A stretch of DNA of 64,000 bases, from the NCBI GenBank assembly GCA_951406725.2, contig OX597817.1, forward strand, positions 70,804,001-70,868,000, read 5' to 3'. The position numbers and the translations under genes are program-made. How positions within the stretch are numbered: position 1 is the first letter of the stretch; every line of letters starts with the position of its first letter. This document shows, piece by piece, positions 26,254-40,309 of the stretch. The notes under the pieces are model-generated. The model did not search any database and was not told the DNA's origin. It saw only the letters and a program-made list of their open reading frames with translations. Source of the DNA: Octopus vulgaris (Eukaryota).

Positions 26254-26333
26254 AGCTTACGTTTGTTTCTGCTATAGGTACAGTACACTCGTAGTTGAAC
26301 ACTTGTGTATCATTCTATAGCATCATCGGAGCT
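26254..26333 (-). ncRNA. Type I hammerhead with long stem II (core U to C)
   Basis: Reverse complement: agct-CCGATGA-tgctatag...ctatagca-GAAA-caaacg-TA-agct; 8-bp stem II with an inner tacac/gtgta extension. Confidence 0.7.
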
Positions 26334-26394
26334 TCAAAAATGAAGTGTAATTTTATTTGGAAAACCATTTACATATATGAGTGAAAGATCATGC

Positions 26395-26737
26395 ATGTAT
26401 GTATGTATGTATGTATGTATGTATGTATGTATGTATGTATGTATGTATGTATGTATGTATGTATGTATGTATGTATGTATGTATGTATGCATGCATGCAT
26501 GTATGCATGTATGTATGTATGTATGTACGTTCGTATGTCTGTAAGTATGTATTTATGTATGTATGTATGCATGCATGTATGCATGTATGTATGTATGTAT
26601 GTACGTTCGTATGTCTGTATGTATGTATTTATGTATGCATGCATGTATACATGTATGTACGTATATATATATATATATATATACATACATATATACACAT
26701 ACACGCACACATACACACATACATATATATATATACA

Positions 26738-26791
<54 letters not shown>

Positions 26792-26930
26792 GCACACACA
26801 CAAACGCAAATATACATATACATATATATATATACACTCACACACACGCGCATTTACGTACATACATACATACATACATACATAAATACATACATACATA
26901 CGTACGTATATGCACACACACATACGTATG
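26395..26930. repeat. (TATG)n/(TA)n/(CA)n microsatellite complex
   Basis: Direct reading; explains the 378-aa ORF. Confidence 0.95.
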
Positions 26931-27365
26931 TGCGTGCTGTTAACCGTCTCCATATAATATACACATGCCACACACAGTACACATTTACATATCTCTGGTG
27001 CTGTCGATCGCTAACGATCATGGCTACCTTTATAGTTATTCAATCGGCAGCCCCAGGTATCCCTTTGAAGTTGTGTGTGTGCATATTCATGATGGCAGCT
27101 TCCAAGAATTTTTGGTTACGCGTAAATACTTTTTGTAAGTTACTAAGTTACTTAAGACTCTCTCACGTGGTGCCGTGTACGTGTGTGTATATGATCGTGT
27201 TTATATATATATATATATATATATACATGTCCCTGTGTGTGTATATACATATGTGTAGATGCATACATGTACACGCACGCACACACACGCACACACACAT
27301 CCACACACACACACACGCACACACATACACACACACATATATCAGTCCTGTGTGGCTAATAAAGA

Positions 27366-27400
<35 letters not shown>

Positions 27401-28484
27401 GACATACATACGCGCGTTTTTAAAAATAGCAGCAATATCTCCCTCGTTCCACGTTCATTCTACCGTCTTAAAAGTAAAAGAGAGGAATCTCTTTGTAATG
27501 TACTCTTTAACACATAAACGGACGAGTCGGTCATAGCTGGAATACCTTGGATTTCACATTTGCTCAGCGGGGGCGATTGAATCTAAGAAACAACAACATC
27601 AAAAACATCAACAACAATAACAACGGCGGCGTCGACAGTTATTTCCCGTCAACGTTTGAGAACATTCACACATTCGTTCGACCCAGTATAGCAACCAAAT
27701 CTACGTCAAATAACTCTATACTTTTAAAATATACGTCGGATCTTTTCTGTTTGAACGGCAGTTTTTGTCTAGCGGTGTCATATGAAATTTTCACCCATAA
27801 TTATGACCCTAGTATCGATCTATTGCATTTCAATCTGTTTTAGGTTTAGGGTTAGTTAGGGTTAGGGGTGAAGGAAGGGTGTCTTTTTTTCTTCACAAAT
27901 GTAAATAAACCCAATCTGTTTCTTAAACGAGGGACATATTCATACTGCACAGAATGTTTTTTTTTTACCTCAATATACGTCATTGATTGGTTGAAATTGC
28001 AGAAATTGAAGAAAAAACAACAACAAATATCTTATAAACTATAGAATTTTCTCAATAAAGCTAAGAGAAAACGATGTTTTATAAACGCATTCTACCAGTA
28101 TACGAAGTTTAAAAGTGTTTAGTTACGTGGAAATTATAATTCGCCATATTGGTAATGGTAATGCCGGATTTGCAAAATGATGACCTTGTAAGGGCCAAAA
28201 ACAACTTTGATCAATAATGGGTTTGCTGGTTCAGGGCTGATCTGATGCTGCACAGCAACAAATACAGAGCAACAATAGAATTTTACTTCGAGTACGATAC
28301 GATATATAACCGGGTGCAATAATTTTGTTGGTAACTAGCTATTCGAGGAAATTTATTACAGTGACTTTCAATGCCTTTCATTTGACTTGTCAGCTGCTCA
28401 CTGTCAATTAAAGATAAGCTTAGTGCAAAAAAACCTAGTGCGTGCTTTTTTGCATGTAAGTATTTATGTATGTGTACATATGCA

Positions 28485-28526
<42 letters not shown>

Positions 28527-28668
28527 TGTGTATGTGTGCGTGCGTGTACGTATATATATTATATATATTGGCAAGGGAAAATTATAAAAGGGCAGAATGC
28601 CTTTTTATAATTTTTCCTTGCCTATCATTTCTCCACGTGCGGTCAACACAACCCCACCATTTATTGAT

Positions 28669-28827
<159 letters not shown>

Positions 28828-29544
28828 ATCAATCTGTCTGGCTGTATGTATGTATGTATGTATGTATGTATGTATGTATGTACGTATGTATGTATGAATG
28901 AACGTACGTGTACCATAAAGAAATAGGGATTTTGAATACGGGCTGGTACTCAAGTATATTCCATGTTGTGGTTAGCCACATTGAATATTATGAAACAACG
29001 GGGAATTGTTTACGGCAATTTTCTCATCGAATTTACTCGATGGGCAAATTCTACGTTCACTTCTTTGGATTTTTATGACATTAAAAATAAGATTGGAGAA
29101 TTATACATCCTCAAAAACTGGTTATTACAGTATTATATACAATACAGTCCCTTTAAACCTCTGTCCGACACGTGTTTCTACTGCATAGATTACGAAGTCT
29201 TTAAATATTTCCCATACGATAATATTTAATTAAATATTACTTACTATACGGAAGAATTATCTAGACTTTTTTGGAGATTTACTGTAGTTAGATTTCAGCA
29301 ATCTAAATGTAAACTCTTCACCTATAAGTTTTCTTTTTGAAAATTTTCACTTCAGTTCCTGCTTTCATAGTGTCTCTATTAATCCAGAAAATTCTTATTT
29401 ATATATGTTTTGCGTGACCTGTGCACTACTCTGACGTCTATGTTTACTGTCATACTATTCCCTTTTAAACATTAATAGTCACTTTAGGTTTAAATGATAA
29501 TAGGCTTTATTGCCATAGCGTATTTCGAAACAATGTTTGCCTTC

Positions 29545-29648
<104 letters not shown>

Positions 29649-30473
29649 ATTTGTATATAATACAAAATGGGACAAGAACGCAAAACATACGGACAACTAG
29701 GTGATACAAAAAGGGACAACAAAACATCCAGATAGACGATACAAAGAAAACAATGACGGGTCTTTCGAAGTTTTCTATCTTTTGTCAAGAACCAGCTTAT
29801 CCTCGCAATTTCGCAATATATATATATTTATATATACATACATACATACATACATACATACATACATACATACATACATACATACATACACACACACATA
29901 CATACATACATACATACACATGTGTGTGTGAGCGTGAGTGCGTATCTATACGGAAAAGCATGATCCTACCAAAATGCAGTACATTCCATTTGTTCCCACT
30001 GCTATTTTTTCGCCATTGTTGATATACATCGAATTGCACTATCAAGACCCACTGCAGAGGATGCAAGTAATCACGATAAGGAGACGTGCGTGTTGAGCAA
30101 ATCTCATCAAGTGATTTGTTTTGTCTTTATCCTATGTAATCCAACTACGTAAAGTACTAACCTCAGCATTTTGCAAGAAGTAGGGTGGATGCTGGCACTC
30201 TACGTGGAACTCTAAGTTCACTGGTAGCTGTCGTTCGATAGTCACAGAAAATACAAAATACATATGCATACGTTGCATACATACACATATATAAATGGAG
30301 AAACCAAGATGCGAAAAAGAGTGACCCTCTCTCTCTCTCTCTCTCTCTCACACACATACACTCGTGCGTGTGCGCGCATACATACAATGGCGGCATGGAG
30401 AGTTTCGTATCTTTGTCTCAAAAATATTGCCACTAAACCGTAGATGTTTGTTTCAGCTAATCAAATGATATAT

Positions 30474-30853
30474 GGCATTCCCTCGGTTACGACGACAAGG
30501 GTTCCAGTTAATCCGATCAACGGAGCAGCCTGCTCGTGAAATTAACGTGCAAGTGGCTGAGCACTCCACAGACACGTGTACACTTAACGTAGTTCTCAGG
30601 GAGATTCAGCGTGACACAGAGTGTGACAAGGCTGGCCCTTTGAAATACAGGTACAACTAAAACAGGAAGAAAGAGTGAAAGAAAGTTGTGGTGGAAGATT
30701 ACAGCAGGGTTCGCCACCCCACCCCCTATCAGAACATTGTGGAGCTTTAGGTGTTTTTACTCAATAAACACTCACAACGCCCGATCTGGGAATCGAAACC
30801 GTGGTCGCACGACCGCGAGTCCGCTGCCTTAACCACTGGGCCATTGCACCTCC
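30474..30853 (-). mobile_element. SINE family C, tail type 2
   Basis: Same head as 10538-10838; tail shared with 40833-41197. Confidence 0.85.
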
Positions 30854-31103
30854 ACTCGCACAAACACACACACATGTGTATGCATGTATGTGTGTGCGCC
30901 TTGCGCGCGCGTGTGTGTGTGTGTGTGTGTGTATAATATTTATGAATGTATGTACTTGTGTGTAAATATATATATATATATGTCATACACACATATTAAA
31001 GATCTTTACATTTATGATAAAATGTACTCAATACAAAGTATCAGTAGTATAAATTTCATCTCCAAATAAATATTATTCGTATTCATTATGTGTTTGTATA
31101 TGC

Positions 31104-31134
<31 letters not shown>

Positions 31135-31775
31135 TGTATGTATGTATGTATGTATGTATGTATGTATGTATGTATGTATGTATGTATGTATGTATGTATG
31201 TATGCATGCATGTATGTATGAATGAATGTATGTATGTATGTATGTATGTATGTATGTATGTATGAATGAATGAATGAATGTATGTATGTATGTACGTATG
31301 TATGTATCTATGTATGTATGTACGTATGTATGTATGATATTGTCTGCGTAATTGCAATCATGGATGCATTCCAGTTTTAATGTTTTTTTTTTTTTGCAGA
31401 GATTTTTCATATCTCCGCATTAGTATATTCCTTAATGTTTTGTTTGTAACAATAAATTTCCGATTTGCATTGACGCTTCAAGACCTACACCTCTTATCTG
31501 ATGGATGAAATAGTTTTAATGTTAGGTATTATTGCCGTTTTATTGTAGACGAAAATCATGGGACGCTGTTGTGTCTGTTTCTTATTTATCACTGGAATTA
31601 AAATTTGTTTGACTGTTCATGTCAGATTTTCTTCAACAATTAGGAAATAGTTTGGCCATGATGTCTGGATTCAATTTGCTTACTAAAATTACTATTTATA
31701 TGTATATCGTGATTTTTGTACTATCAAGTTGTGTGTTCGCAGTATCGTTAGAGTGAAATGCTTGTAGTATTTGTC

Positions 31776-31818
<43 letters not shown>

Positions 31819-31837
31819 TAGGCATACATATATATCG

Positions 31838-32082
31838 CAGTGGTTCCGGGTTCAGTCCCACTGCGTGGCATCTTGGGCAAGTGTCTTCTACTATAGCCTC
31901 GAGCCGACCAAAGCCTTGTGAGTGAATTTGGTAGACGGAAACTGAAAGAAGCCCCTTAGCGGTTCGGCAAAAGCGACCGATAGAATAAGTATTAGGCTTA
32001 CAAAGAATATCCTGGGGTCGATTAGCTCGACTAAAGGCGGAGCTCCAGCATGGTCACAGTCAAATGACGGAAAGGAATAAGA
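31838..32082 (+). mobile_element. SINE family A with the internal microsatellite region deleted
   Basis: gaaactgaaagaagccc joins directly to cttagcggttcggcaaaa. Confidence 0.85.
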
Positions 32083-32101
32083 GGTATAGATAGATAGATA
32101 A

Positions 32102-32142
<41 letters not shown>

Positions 32143-32144
32143 GG

Positions 32145-32220
<76 letters not shown>

Positions 32221-32676
32221 GACAGAGAGAGTGGAGAGAAAATTTGATATATACATGCAGAAATAATGGAAGAGGCATAGAAAGCTGCGGAAACGGATTG
32301 ATAAACTAGTAATGCAAGCGTAAAGCCATTGACAGACTAGTTGATATATTAAGTGATAGATAAGAAACAGATAGCTTAATATACACACACATACATGTAG
32401 AGTTATATACATATATGTACACACAGAGAATGTGTACACATATACACATAATCACATATGCATGTAGGTAGATTCACAAAGAGATAAACGAGGAAGTATT
32501 CGAAGAGACATTTATAAAGAGAGCACATGTAGACAAGTTTTTAAAATGACTATAAATTAGTCTACACAGGAGAAAGTTATAAAGAGAGTGAGAAATGGAC
32601 AAACACGCATACACACATATACAAAGCACGCACACGCGCGCGGGCATACACACACGTACACATACAGAAGGTAGTT

Positions 32677-32729
<53 letters not shown>

Positions 32730-32831
32730 GAAAGAGAGAGAGAGAGATAAAGAGAGAGAGAAGAGGGGAAGGAGAAAAAGGGGAAACGAGGGGAGAGAAT
32801 ATGAAAGATATTGGTCAAAAGATTTCTGAAT

Positions 32832-32903
<72 letters not shown>

Positions 32904-33460
32904 TGCCCTGATGCAGTACCAGGCAGTGGCTCTCATGGCTTCTGATCTTAACTGATTGGAAGTGTTATCATGTACATTGTTTTGTCTAGGTATGAAAGAT
33001 GGGCTACAGCAAATATTGTGTTCAATATCACAAATTTGCTTGTCAGTTGTTTGACCTTAACCAGTTGAGCATGTCCCTTAGTGACTGACGATATGTGCAT
33101 CTCTGATCACGAGCAGAAGTAGTGGGGGAGCATCATAGCCATGTGTTGAGAGGATTCTTTGGGGTTTGAATAATTCACCTCTGGAAACATGGTGGTTCTT
33201 TCAACATCCTTAAACAACCCTTATTCAGGGACCGTTTGAGCGGGATGGGTTGACTCGATCTGAAGAAAATTCTTAACTGGGCTCCACCTGCAAGGTCATG
33301 TGCTGTTTATCTTGATAAGAGATCACCATGTCGCGCACATACGGTTGTGATGCATGTGCCTGGTGTACCCTTATCAGATGGGTAGTCATGATGGGTATAC
33401 TGGGCTTCGTATATTTTACCCCAGTGTCACTTTGATGGCATGCTCTGCTCGCTCACTCAG
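32904..33460. mobile_element. About 555-bp non-coding repeat unit flanked by (TAA)n/(TAG)n, copy 1
   Basis: Colinear with 33620-34173. Confidence 0.8.
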
Positions 33461-33472
33461 TAATAATAATAA

Positions 33473-33543
<71 letters not shown>

Positions 33544-33576
33544 GTAGTGGTAGTGGTAGGAGAAGTAGTAACTAAC

Positions 33577-33616
<40 letters not shown>

Positions 33617-33619
33617 GAA

Positions 33620-34173
33620 TGCTCTGATGCAGTACCAGGCAGTAGCTCTCATGGTTTCTCATCTTAACTGATTGGAAGTGTTATCATGTACATTGTTTTC
33701 TCTAGGTATGAAAGATGGGCTACAGCAAATATTGTGTTCAATATCACAAATTTGCTTGTCAGTTGTTTGACCTTAACCAGTTGAGCATGTCCCTTAGTGG
33801 CTGACGATATGTGCATCTCTGATCACGAGCAGAAGTAGTGGGGGAGCAGCATAGCCATGTGTTGAGAGGAATTCTTTGGGGTTTGGATAATTCACCTTTG
33901 GAAACATGGGGTTCTTCAACATCCTTAAACAACTTTTATTCAGGGACCTTTTGAGCGGGATAGGCTGCTTGACCTGAAGAAAATTCTTATTGGGCTCCAC
34001 CTACAAGATCATGCGCTGTTTATCTTGATATGAGATCACCATGTCGCGCACATACGGTTGTGATACATGAGCCTGGTGTACCCTTATCAGATGGGTAGTC
34101 GTGATGGGTATACTGGGCTTCGTATATTTTACCCCAGTGTTACTTTGATGGCATGAACTGCTCTCTCACTCAG
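33620..34173. mobile_element. Same unit, copy 2
   Basis: Colinear with 32904-33460 with scattered substitutions. Confidence 0.8.
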
Positions 34174-34185
34174 TAATAATAATAA

Positions 34186-34268
<83 letters not shown>

Positions 34269-34312
34269 GTAGTGGTAGTGGTAGGAGAAGTAGTAACAAC
34301 AACAACAACAAC

Positions 34313-34346
<34 letters not shown>

Positions 34347-34347
<1 letters not shown>

Positions 34348-34552
34348 TTCTACTATACGCACAATAGAAATTTGGGGGAATGGGTATAATTGATCACATC
34401 GACCCCAGTACTAAACTGGTACTTATTTTATCGACTCCGAAAGGCTGAAGGGCAAGGTCGATCTTAGCGGACTTTGAACTCAGAACATTAAGATGGACAA
34501 AATTACCGCTGAGCATTTCTCCAGGTATACTAACGATTCTGCTAGTTCGCTA
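34347..34552 (-). mobile_element. SINE family B, degenerate
   Basis: ctggtacttattttatcgactccgaaagg...gaactcagaac. Confidence 0.75.
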
Positions 34553-34749
34553 ACGAAGGATATATGTCTATTTTCTGTTCTCTTTCATTGTCTCCATCGT
34601 AAATACATGTCTATACTTTCTTATATGAAATTCTGTATATATCACTGTTGCTGTGAACGTGTTTCGTAAGACTAAAACCTATACTCAAAGTTCATGCCTC
34701 TTTCTCTGCCTGTGTTTCTCGCTGCCTGCATACATATATATATATACAT

Positions 34750-35062
34750 ATCACAGTGATCACCGTGACCAACCAGGCTATCAGATGTTGCTACACATCG
34801 CTGGTCACAATGCGCTTCGCAATGTTTTAGCCTTCAAATGATGCCACCCCGCTGGCTAAGCGAGCAGGCCAACAGAAGAAAGAGTGAGAGGAAGTTGTGG
34901 CGAAAGAGTACAGCCGGGATCGCCACCACCCCCTGCCGGAGCCTCGTGGAGCTTTTAGGTGTTTCGCTCAATAAACACTCACAACGCCCGGTCTGGGAAT
35001 CGAAACCGCGATCCTACAACCGCGAGTTCGCTGCCCTAACCACTGGACCATTGCACCTCCAC
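34750..35062 (-). mobile_element. SINE family C, tail type 1
   Basis: Colinear with 10538-10838. Confidence 0.88.
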
Positions 35063-35223
35063 ACACACACACACATATATATATGTATATATATATATGT
35101 ATGTATGTATATATATATATGTATATATATGTATATACATATATGTATATATATATGTATATATATATATGTATGTATGTATATATATATATGTATATAT
35201 ATGTATATACATATATGTATATA

Positions 35224-35268
<45 letters not shown>

Positions 35269-35549
35269 ATACACATACATACATACATACATACATGCAT
35301 ATATATATATATATTATATATATATACATAAATACATACACACATATGTATGCACATACGCCCACAGTTACACATTGCACACTCACACCCACACACGTAC
35401 GTACCCACGCATTCGTGGGCCCAAACGCGCGCACCCCCATACACATATCTATTAATCAGTAGGGTATAGCGTCAGAGATCAGGTCGCAGATGTACGACTA
35501 AACAAAAGGTAACCAATACAACAGCCAGTAAAGCATTCAGAAACCACAC

Positions 35550-35620
<71 letters not shown>

Positions 35621-36595
35621 TACATACACAGCGCACTCAGTATGTCTCAAGAAACTAATGTTTCCGAGTTATATAATGGATGAATACGTTTGTAAAAAAT
35701 AAACAAGTCGAGAAACAGATGCTTACTAAAAACAGAACAAATATAATACAAAAACTAACCAAAATTAAAGACCTATTCATCAAGACGAAAGTACGATATT
35801 AAAACCTAGAGATCGGTTTAAGATAAATGTCATAAACAAATTTGAAACTAAATATGAATGCTGTAAACTTCATGTCGGTAACAGTTGCATCAGTTACAAA
35901 AATACGAAAGATTCTCCCATAACATTTTCATTCTTCATTGTCGTCGAAAATTTGAGTACACAACATGAAATAAAACTGGTTAGAATCATGGAAAATAAAA
36001 TATTTTATAGCATATATATCCTATATGGACTTTATAATAACATAGTAGATTAGCAATGGAAGCTATGTTACAAATAAAATATGTTTCCGCACCAAACTGA
36101 TAAACTGATATTCCTCTCTAGAAATTAAACTAAGAAAAGTTGATTGCAAAAAGTAATTTGGCGTTAATTACCTGGCGGTGATGATTTTATCTATTACGAC
36201 ATAATTCCAATCATTTTTGTTGCCATCTACAAAACGCACCAATAAATATATAATAAACTTCACAAACAAACACTCCCACTGGAGGATAATACCGAAAAGA
36301 TCAAGAAACGCTGATAGCGTAAGGAACACTATCGTTCCCAATTAAAAATAAAGTCTAATAAAATAATAAAAAATTGTTAGTATTAGAACAATAGATTAAA
36401 TTTGAAGACGGTCGTAATATGGGAGTTCCGGCGCCTATGACAGGTTTCTCGTCTGCTGCGATCTACGTGTGTTCTTTTATGCACCAAGCGCCCTTATGAC
36501 AGAATCTCTTAAAGCTAATAACGCAGTATTTGGTTTTCTAGCAAAACATCCACGTTAAGTTAGATGTAAAGATTACTTTTTGGCATTAATATTGC

Positions 36596-36662
<67 letters not shown>

Positions 36663-36854
36663 GCGATTGTGTGTGTGTGTATGTGTGTAACACGGGCGTT
36701 TCAGATTTGTCTTAATATATAATAGGAAATGCGACCATTACATAAACCTTTCTCAGTTGCAACATTTCAAAATTATGACGAAATTGATGGAAGCAATGTG
36801 GTTTGAGTACTAAGTCGGCTACTAAGTTAACAGGATTGATATGTGTACAGATAA

Positions 36855-37135
36855 CTTTCTTTTATTGGCTACACAGGGCTGAATACAGAAGGGACAAATA
36901 CAAATGTAGAGCTTTTCTTTTCGAGGGTGGAAAAGAAAAAGGAAAATAAATGTAAGGTTCCGATCAAAAGTGATCGAGAGGGAAAATAAAGGGGAAAGAA
37001 ATCGTGTATCATAGAAACACTTTTTAAAAAAAAAACATTAATAAAACAAGATTGGGTTCATCCGTGGGAAGAAAAGCCTACAGAAAAGACCACGGGAACC
37101 TCAGTCAGGGAGGAAATAACCACATGAGAGCAAAA
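36855..37135 (-). mobile_element. Putative retroelement 3' UTR whose end resembles the SINE B tail
   Basis: Reverse complement ends tttgtcccttctgtattcagccctgtgtagccAATAAAgaaa, compared with SINE B tttgtcccctctgtgtttagtcccttgtgggtAATAAAgaaa. Confidence 0.45.
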
Positions 37136-37181
37136 TGCTCTCTCTCTCTCTCTCTTTTTTACGATTTACAGGGTCATGTAC

Positions 37182-37253
<72 letters not shown>

Positions 37254-37349
37254 TCAATATAGGGTGGCAAAAAAATTTTGTAGAATTCTTTTGCCACCAA
37301 CGGCCTAGTGGGAAAAAATTAAATAGTCATAAACCATTTTTACGTTCAA

Positions 37350-37556
37350 CATCACAATCAAGGAACGGCCATAATAGGCCATTCACCCACTAGAAATAAC
37401 AGCCAAAAGCTTTAACCGCCAAAAGCTTTTACCCTAGGGTAAAAGTTTTTCAATTTTCTCCTGGTTTACGGAATTAATGTTATTTTGCGGTTAAAGCTTT
37501 TGGCTGTTATTTCTAGTGGGTGAATGGCCTATTATGGCCGTTCCTTGATTGTGATG
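37350..37556. repeat. Perfect 70-bp inverted repeat with a nested palindrome
   Basis: 37350-37419 is the exact reverse complement of 37487-37556; the spacer holds aaaagcttttaccctagggtaaaagttttt. Confidence 0.95.
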
Positions 37557-37615
37557 ATATATATATATATAACAATAATAAATCTCTAAGCGAGGTATAA
37601 ACAGTAACTGCTCTG

Positions 37616-37691
37616 TAATATAAGCGGGACCAGCCATCTGAATGTGGCTCTGTCCCTAGCCACATTCAGATGGCTGGTCCCGCTTATATTA
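37616..37691. repeat. Perfect 34-bp hairpin with 8-nt loop
   Basis: 37616-37649 is the exact reverse complement of 37658-37691. Confidence 0.95.
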
Positions 37692-37785
37692 TATATATAT
37701 ATATATTTACAGGGTCATGTACAGATATATATATATATTTACAGGGTCATGTACAGATATATATATATATTTAAAGGGTCATACA

Positions 37786-37886
<101 letters not shown>

Positions 37887-38395
37887 CAGAGACAGACAGA
37901 CAGAAACAGAAATAGAAAGAGAGACAGAGACAGAAATAGAAAGAGAGACGGAGACAGAGAGAAGACAGAAGGAAATGGAGTGAGTGGAAAGAGAGAGAAA
38001 AGGGGAAAAGAAAGTGATGTACGACTGAACAGTAATGAAAGAAAATGGGATAGTTTTCTTTGTTTGCATAGGAAATCTTAGCAAAATTGATTAAGAGTAG
38101 CAAATTCAAAAGGGCAAGAATATAAGGGAAGAGGATGAAATGAATCAGGTTGTCAGGGAGCGGTTGAGAGTTTTAGGAGTGAATGGAATTAGTACTGTAT
38201 GGCCAGGAAGATGAGGTGTCAAGGTGCTATGTAGTCTAGAAATTCAGCTGGTTGGAGTGTTCTAAGGGGTACTAGAGTTGTCAAGTTAAACACATTTGAA
38301 ATCTGATGAGTACACACTATGTGTGAAAATGCCAATTTTGTTAAAATACCATAATATTAAAAAAAACGTGAAAACCAGACTGTTTCAGCTTAATC

Positions 38396-38441
<46 letters not shown>

Positions 38442-38699
38442 ATGATGAGGAGGAGGTGGAAGGGGAGGAAGAGGCGGGGAGGAGGGGGAGGAGGATCGCA
38501 GTTCACGTGTGACCGAGGAAGACGATCACTGACTATTTCCTATGCAAAGGGCCAAGGGGAATCCGTGCACAAAGTTATTTCACTAGCAGTCGTCTTCACC
38601 CAGGTTCGCACACGCCGCTTACACGCTCGCCGCAGTGCGCTCCTTCTTCACTGGGCATCGGATAGTCGCCTCGGAGACGATTGCAGAAGCTAAAATTTT

Positions 38700-39240
38700 A
38701 CGTCCAATAAGGCTTCCACAGCACCCCACAAACCTTCAAAACCCCATTGACATGATCCAAAGACAAGCCGGGGAGAGAATATCCAGTGCCAATATGAGTC
38801 GCAGTCTCAGGTATGTGGAAGCGCCATGATCTTAAACGAAAGCAAACGATCTCCAAGATGTTCAATGCCATTCCTTGCATAAATGGTTTTATATCAGAGT
38901 AATCTTCTCTTAGAGACATACTTTAATAAAAGCTAAGAGATGTCGCACTCCCAGTGGTCTACCAGCACGCCATAGCCCAAGCCAAAATTTCTGAGAGTCT
39001 GTTGTTAAGTTCATTCGTCTTTTTGATAGGCTTTGCTTTTAGTCCTGCTGAAGTGGCAAGTTTGGTTGCCGATGAGCCGACTACGTTACAAGTTAAACTG
39101 TATTTCATGTTATCAGCAGCACTGGGTTTTTTTTTTTTTTTTTTTTCACTATCTGCGAAAGAGATTTCTTGGTTTTCGCGGTTGTCCTTACAGAAACTTC
39201 CATTGCCCTGGACATTAAGCAGAATGGACCCTTTAATCAC
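38700..39240 (-). pseudogene. Possible degenerate RLE-clade (HERO/R4-like) non-LTR retrotransposon fragment
   Basis: Ordered weak motifs VVGSSA..AGL, FMQGMALNIL....LRSW and PETATHI (zinc-knuckle-like ETxxHI). Confidence 0.38.
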
Positions 39241-39968
39241 GTGGTTGATGTTCTAGGATTTAAGTAAATGAATATGTTCGGCTAGTGTTAGCTTTAAGGT
39301 GTGTGTGGGTTGACATTCGGAGTTTCGCCGGACTGGTGGTGAACCCAACATATATCCGTACACAGACACACACACACAGACAAGCACACACACACAAACA
39401 CACACACACACACACTCACACACACACACACTCACACACACGCACACACGCACACAAGCACACACACGCACACACACACACACACACACAAACACTTCCA
39501 ACCTTTAATGCTTAATTTTTTTACTATTCTTTTATTGGCTTACATCATTGGACCGGAAACGTGCTGGGCCACAGATTTCATGGGAATTTTAGTAGGGTAT
39601 AGCGACCCCTTGAACTAACCATAGTCTGGTTCTTATTTTATCGTTCCCAAATTAATTCTATTGATTCTCTCACATTTTAATGCAAAACAGACTTAGTATC
39701 AACCACATATAAACAGGAACACGCATATATATATATATGTGTGTGTGTGTGTGGCTTTCACGCACACAAGCACACATGCGCACATATACACGCGCACACA
39801 CACACATACATGCAAACGAAAACTGTTTCTCACTCTTCATAGACTCTGTTCCTAAAGTATTAGTCAATACTAGGCTATATAGAATACTTGCATAAAATCC
39901 TGAGCTGAGAGATCACGAAATAACGTGGATTGTGAAGCTAGCATAATCATACAACCATGAAAGACTAC

Positions 39969-40072
<104 letters not shown>

Positions 40073-40105
40073 GTCTGTCTATCTATCTATCTATCTGTCT
40101 GTCCT

Positions 40106-40137
<32 letters not shown>

Positions 40138-40273
40138 CACGCGCATGCGTCTACAAATGTGTGGATGTACGTTAACATATATTGGTTCCCAGTCTGTGGT
40201 CCGCGGAGCCCTGGTGGCTCATAGAGATAGTATTGGGGGTCAGTGAAGTAAATTCAAAACGTCGTGTGTGTGT

Positions 40274-40309
<36 letters not shown>

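Noticed and set aside
26381-27517. 378-aa ORF and the many YI/CV/MYVC/LSIY/HT-rich ORFs across the window
   Set aside because: They are translations of stop-free microsatellites, with no domain content.
35640-36420. Possible decayed hAT transposase C-terminus
   Set aside because: Too degenerate to support by eye.
38300-38342. CTGATGA gtacac..gtgt GAAA
   Set aside because: No stem III or UH cleavage site.
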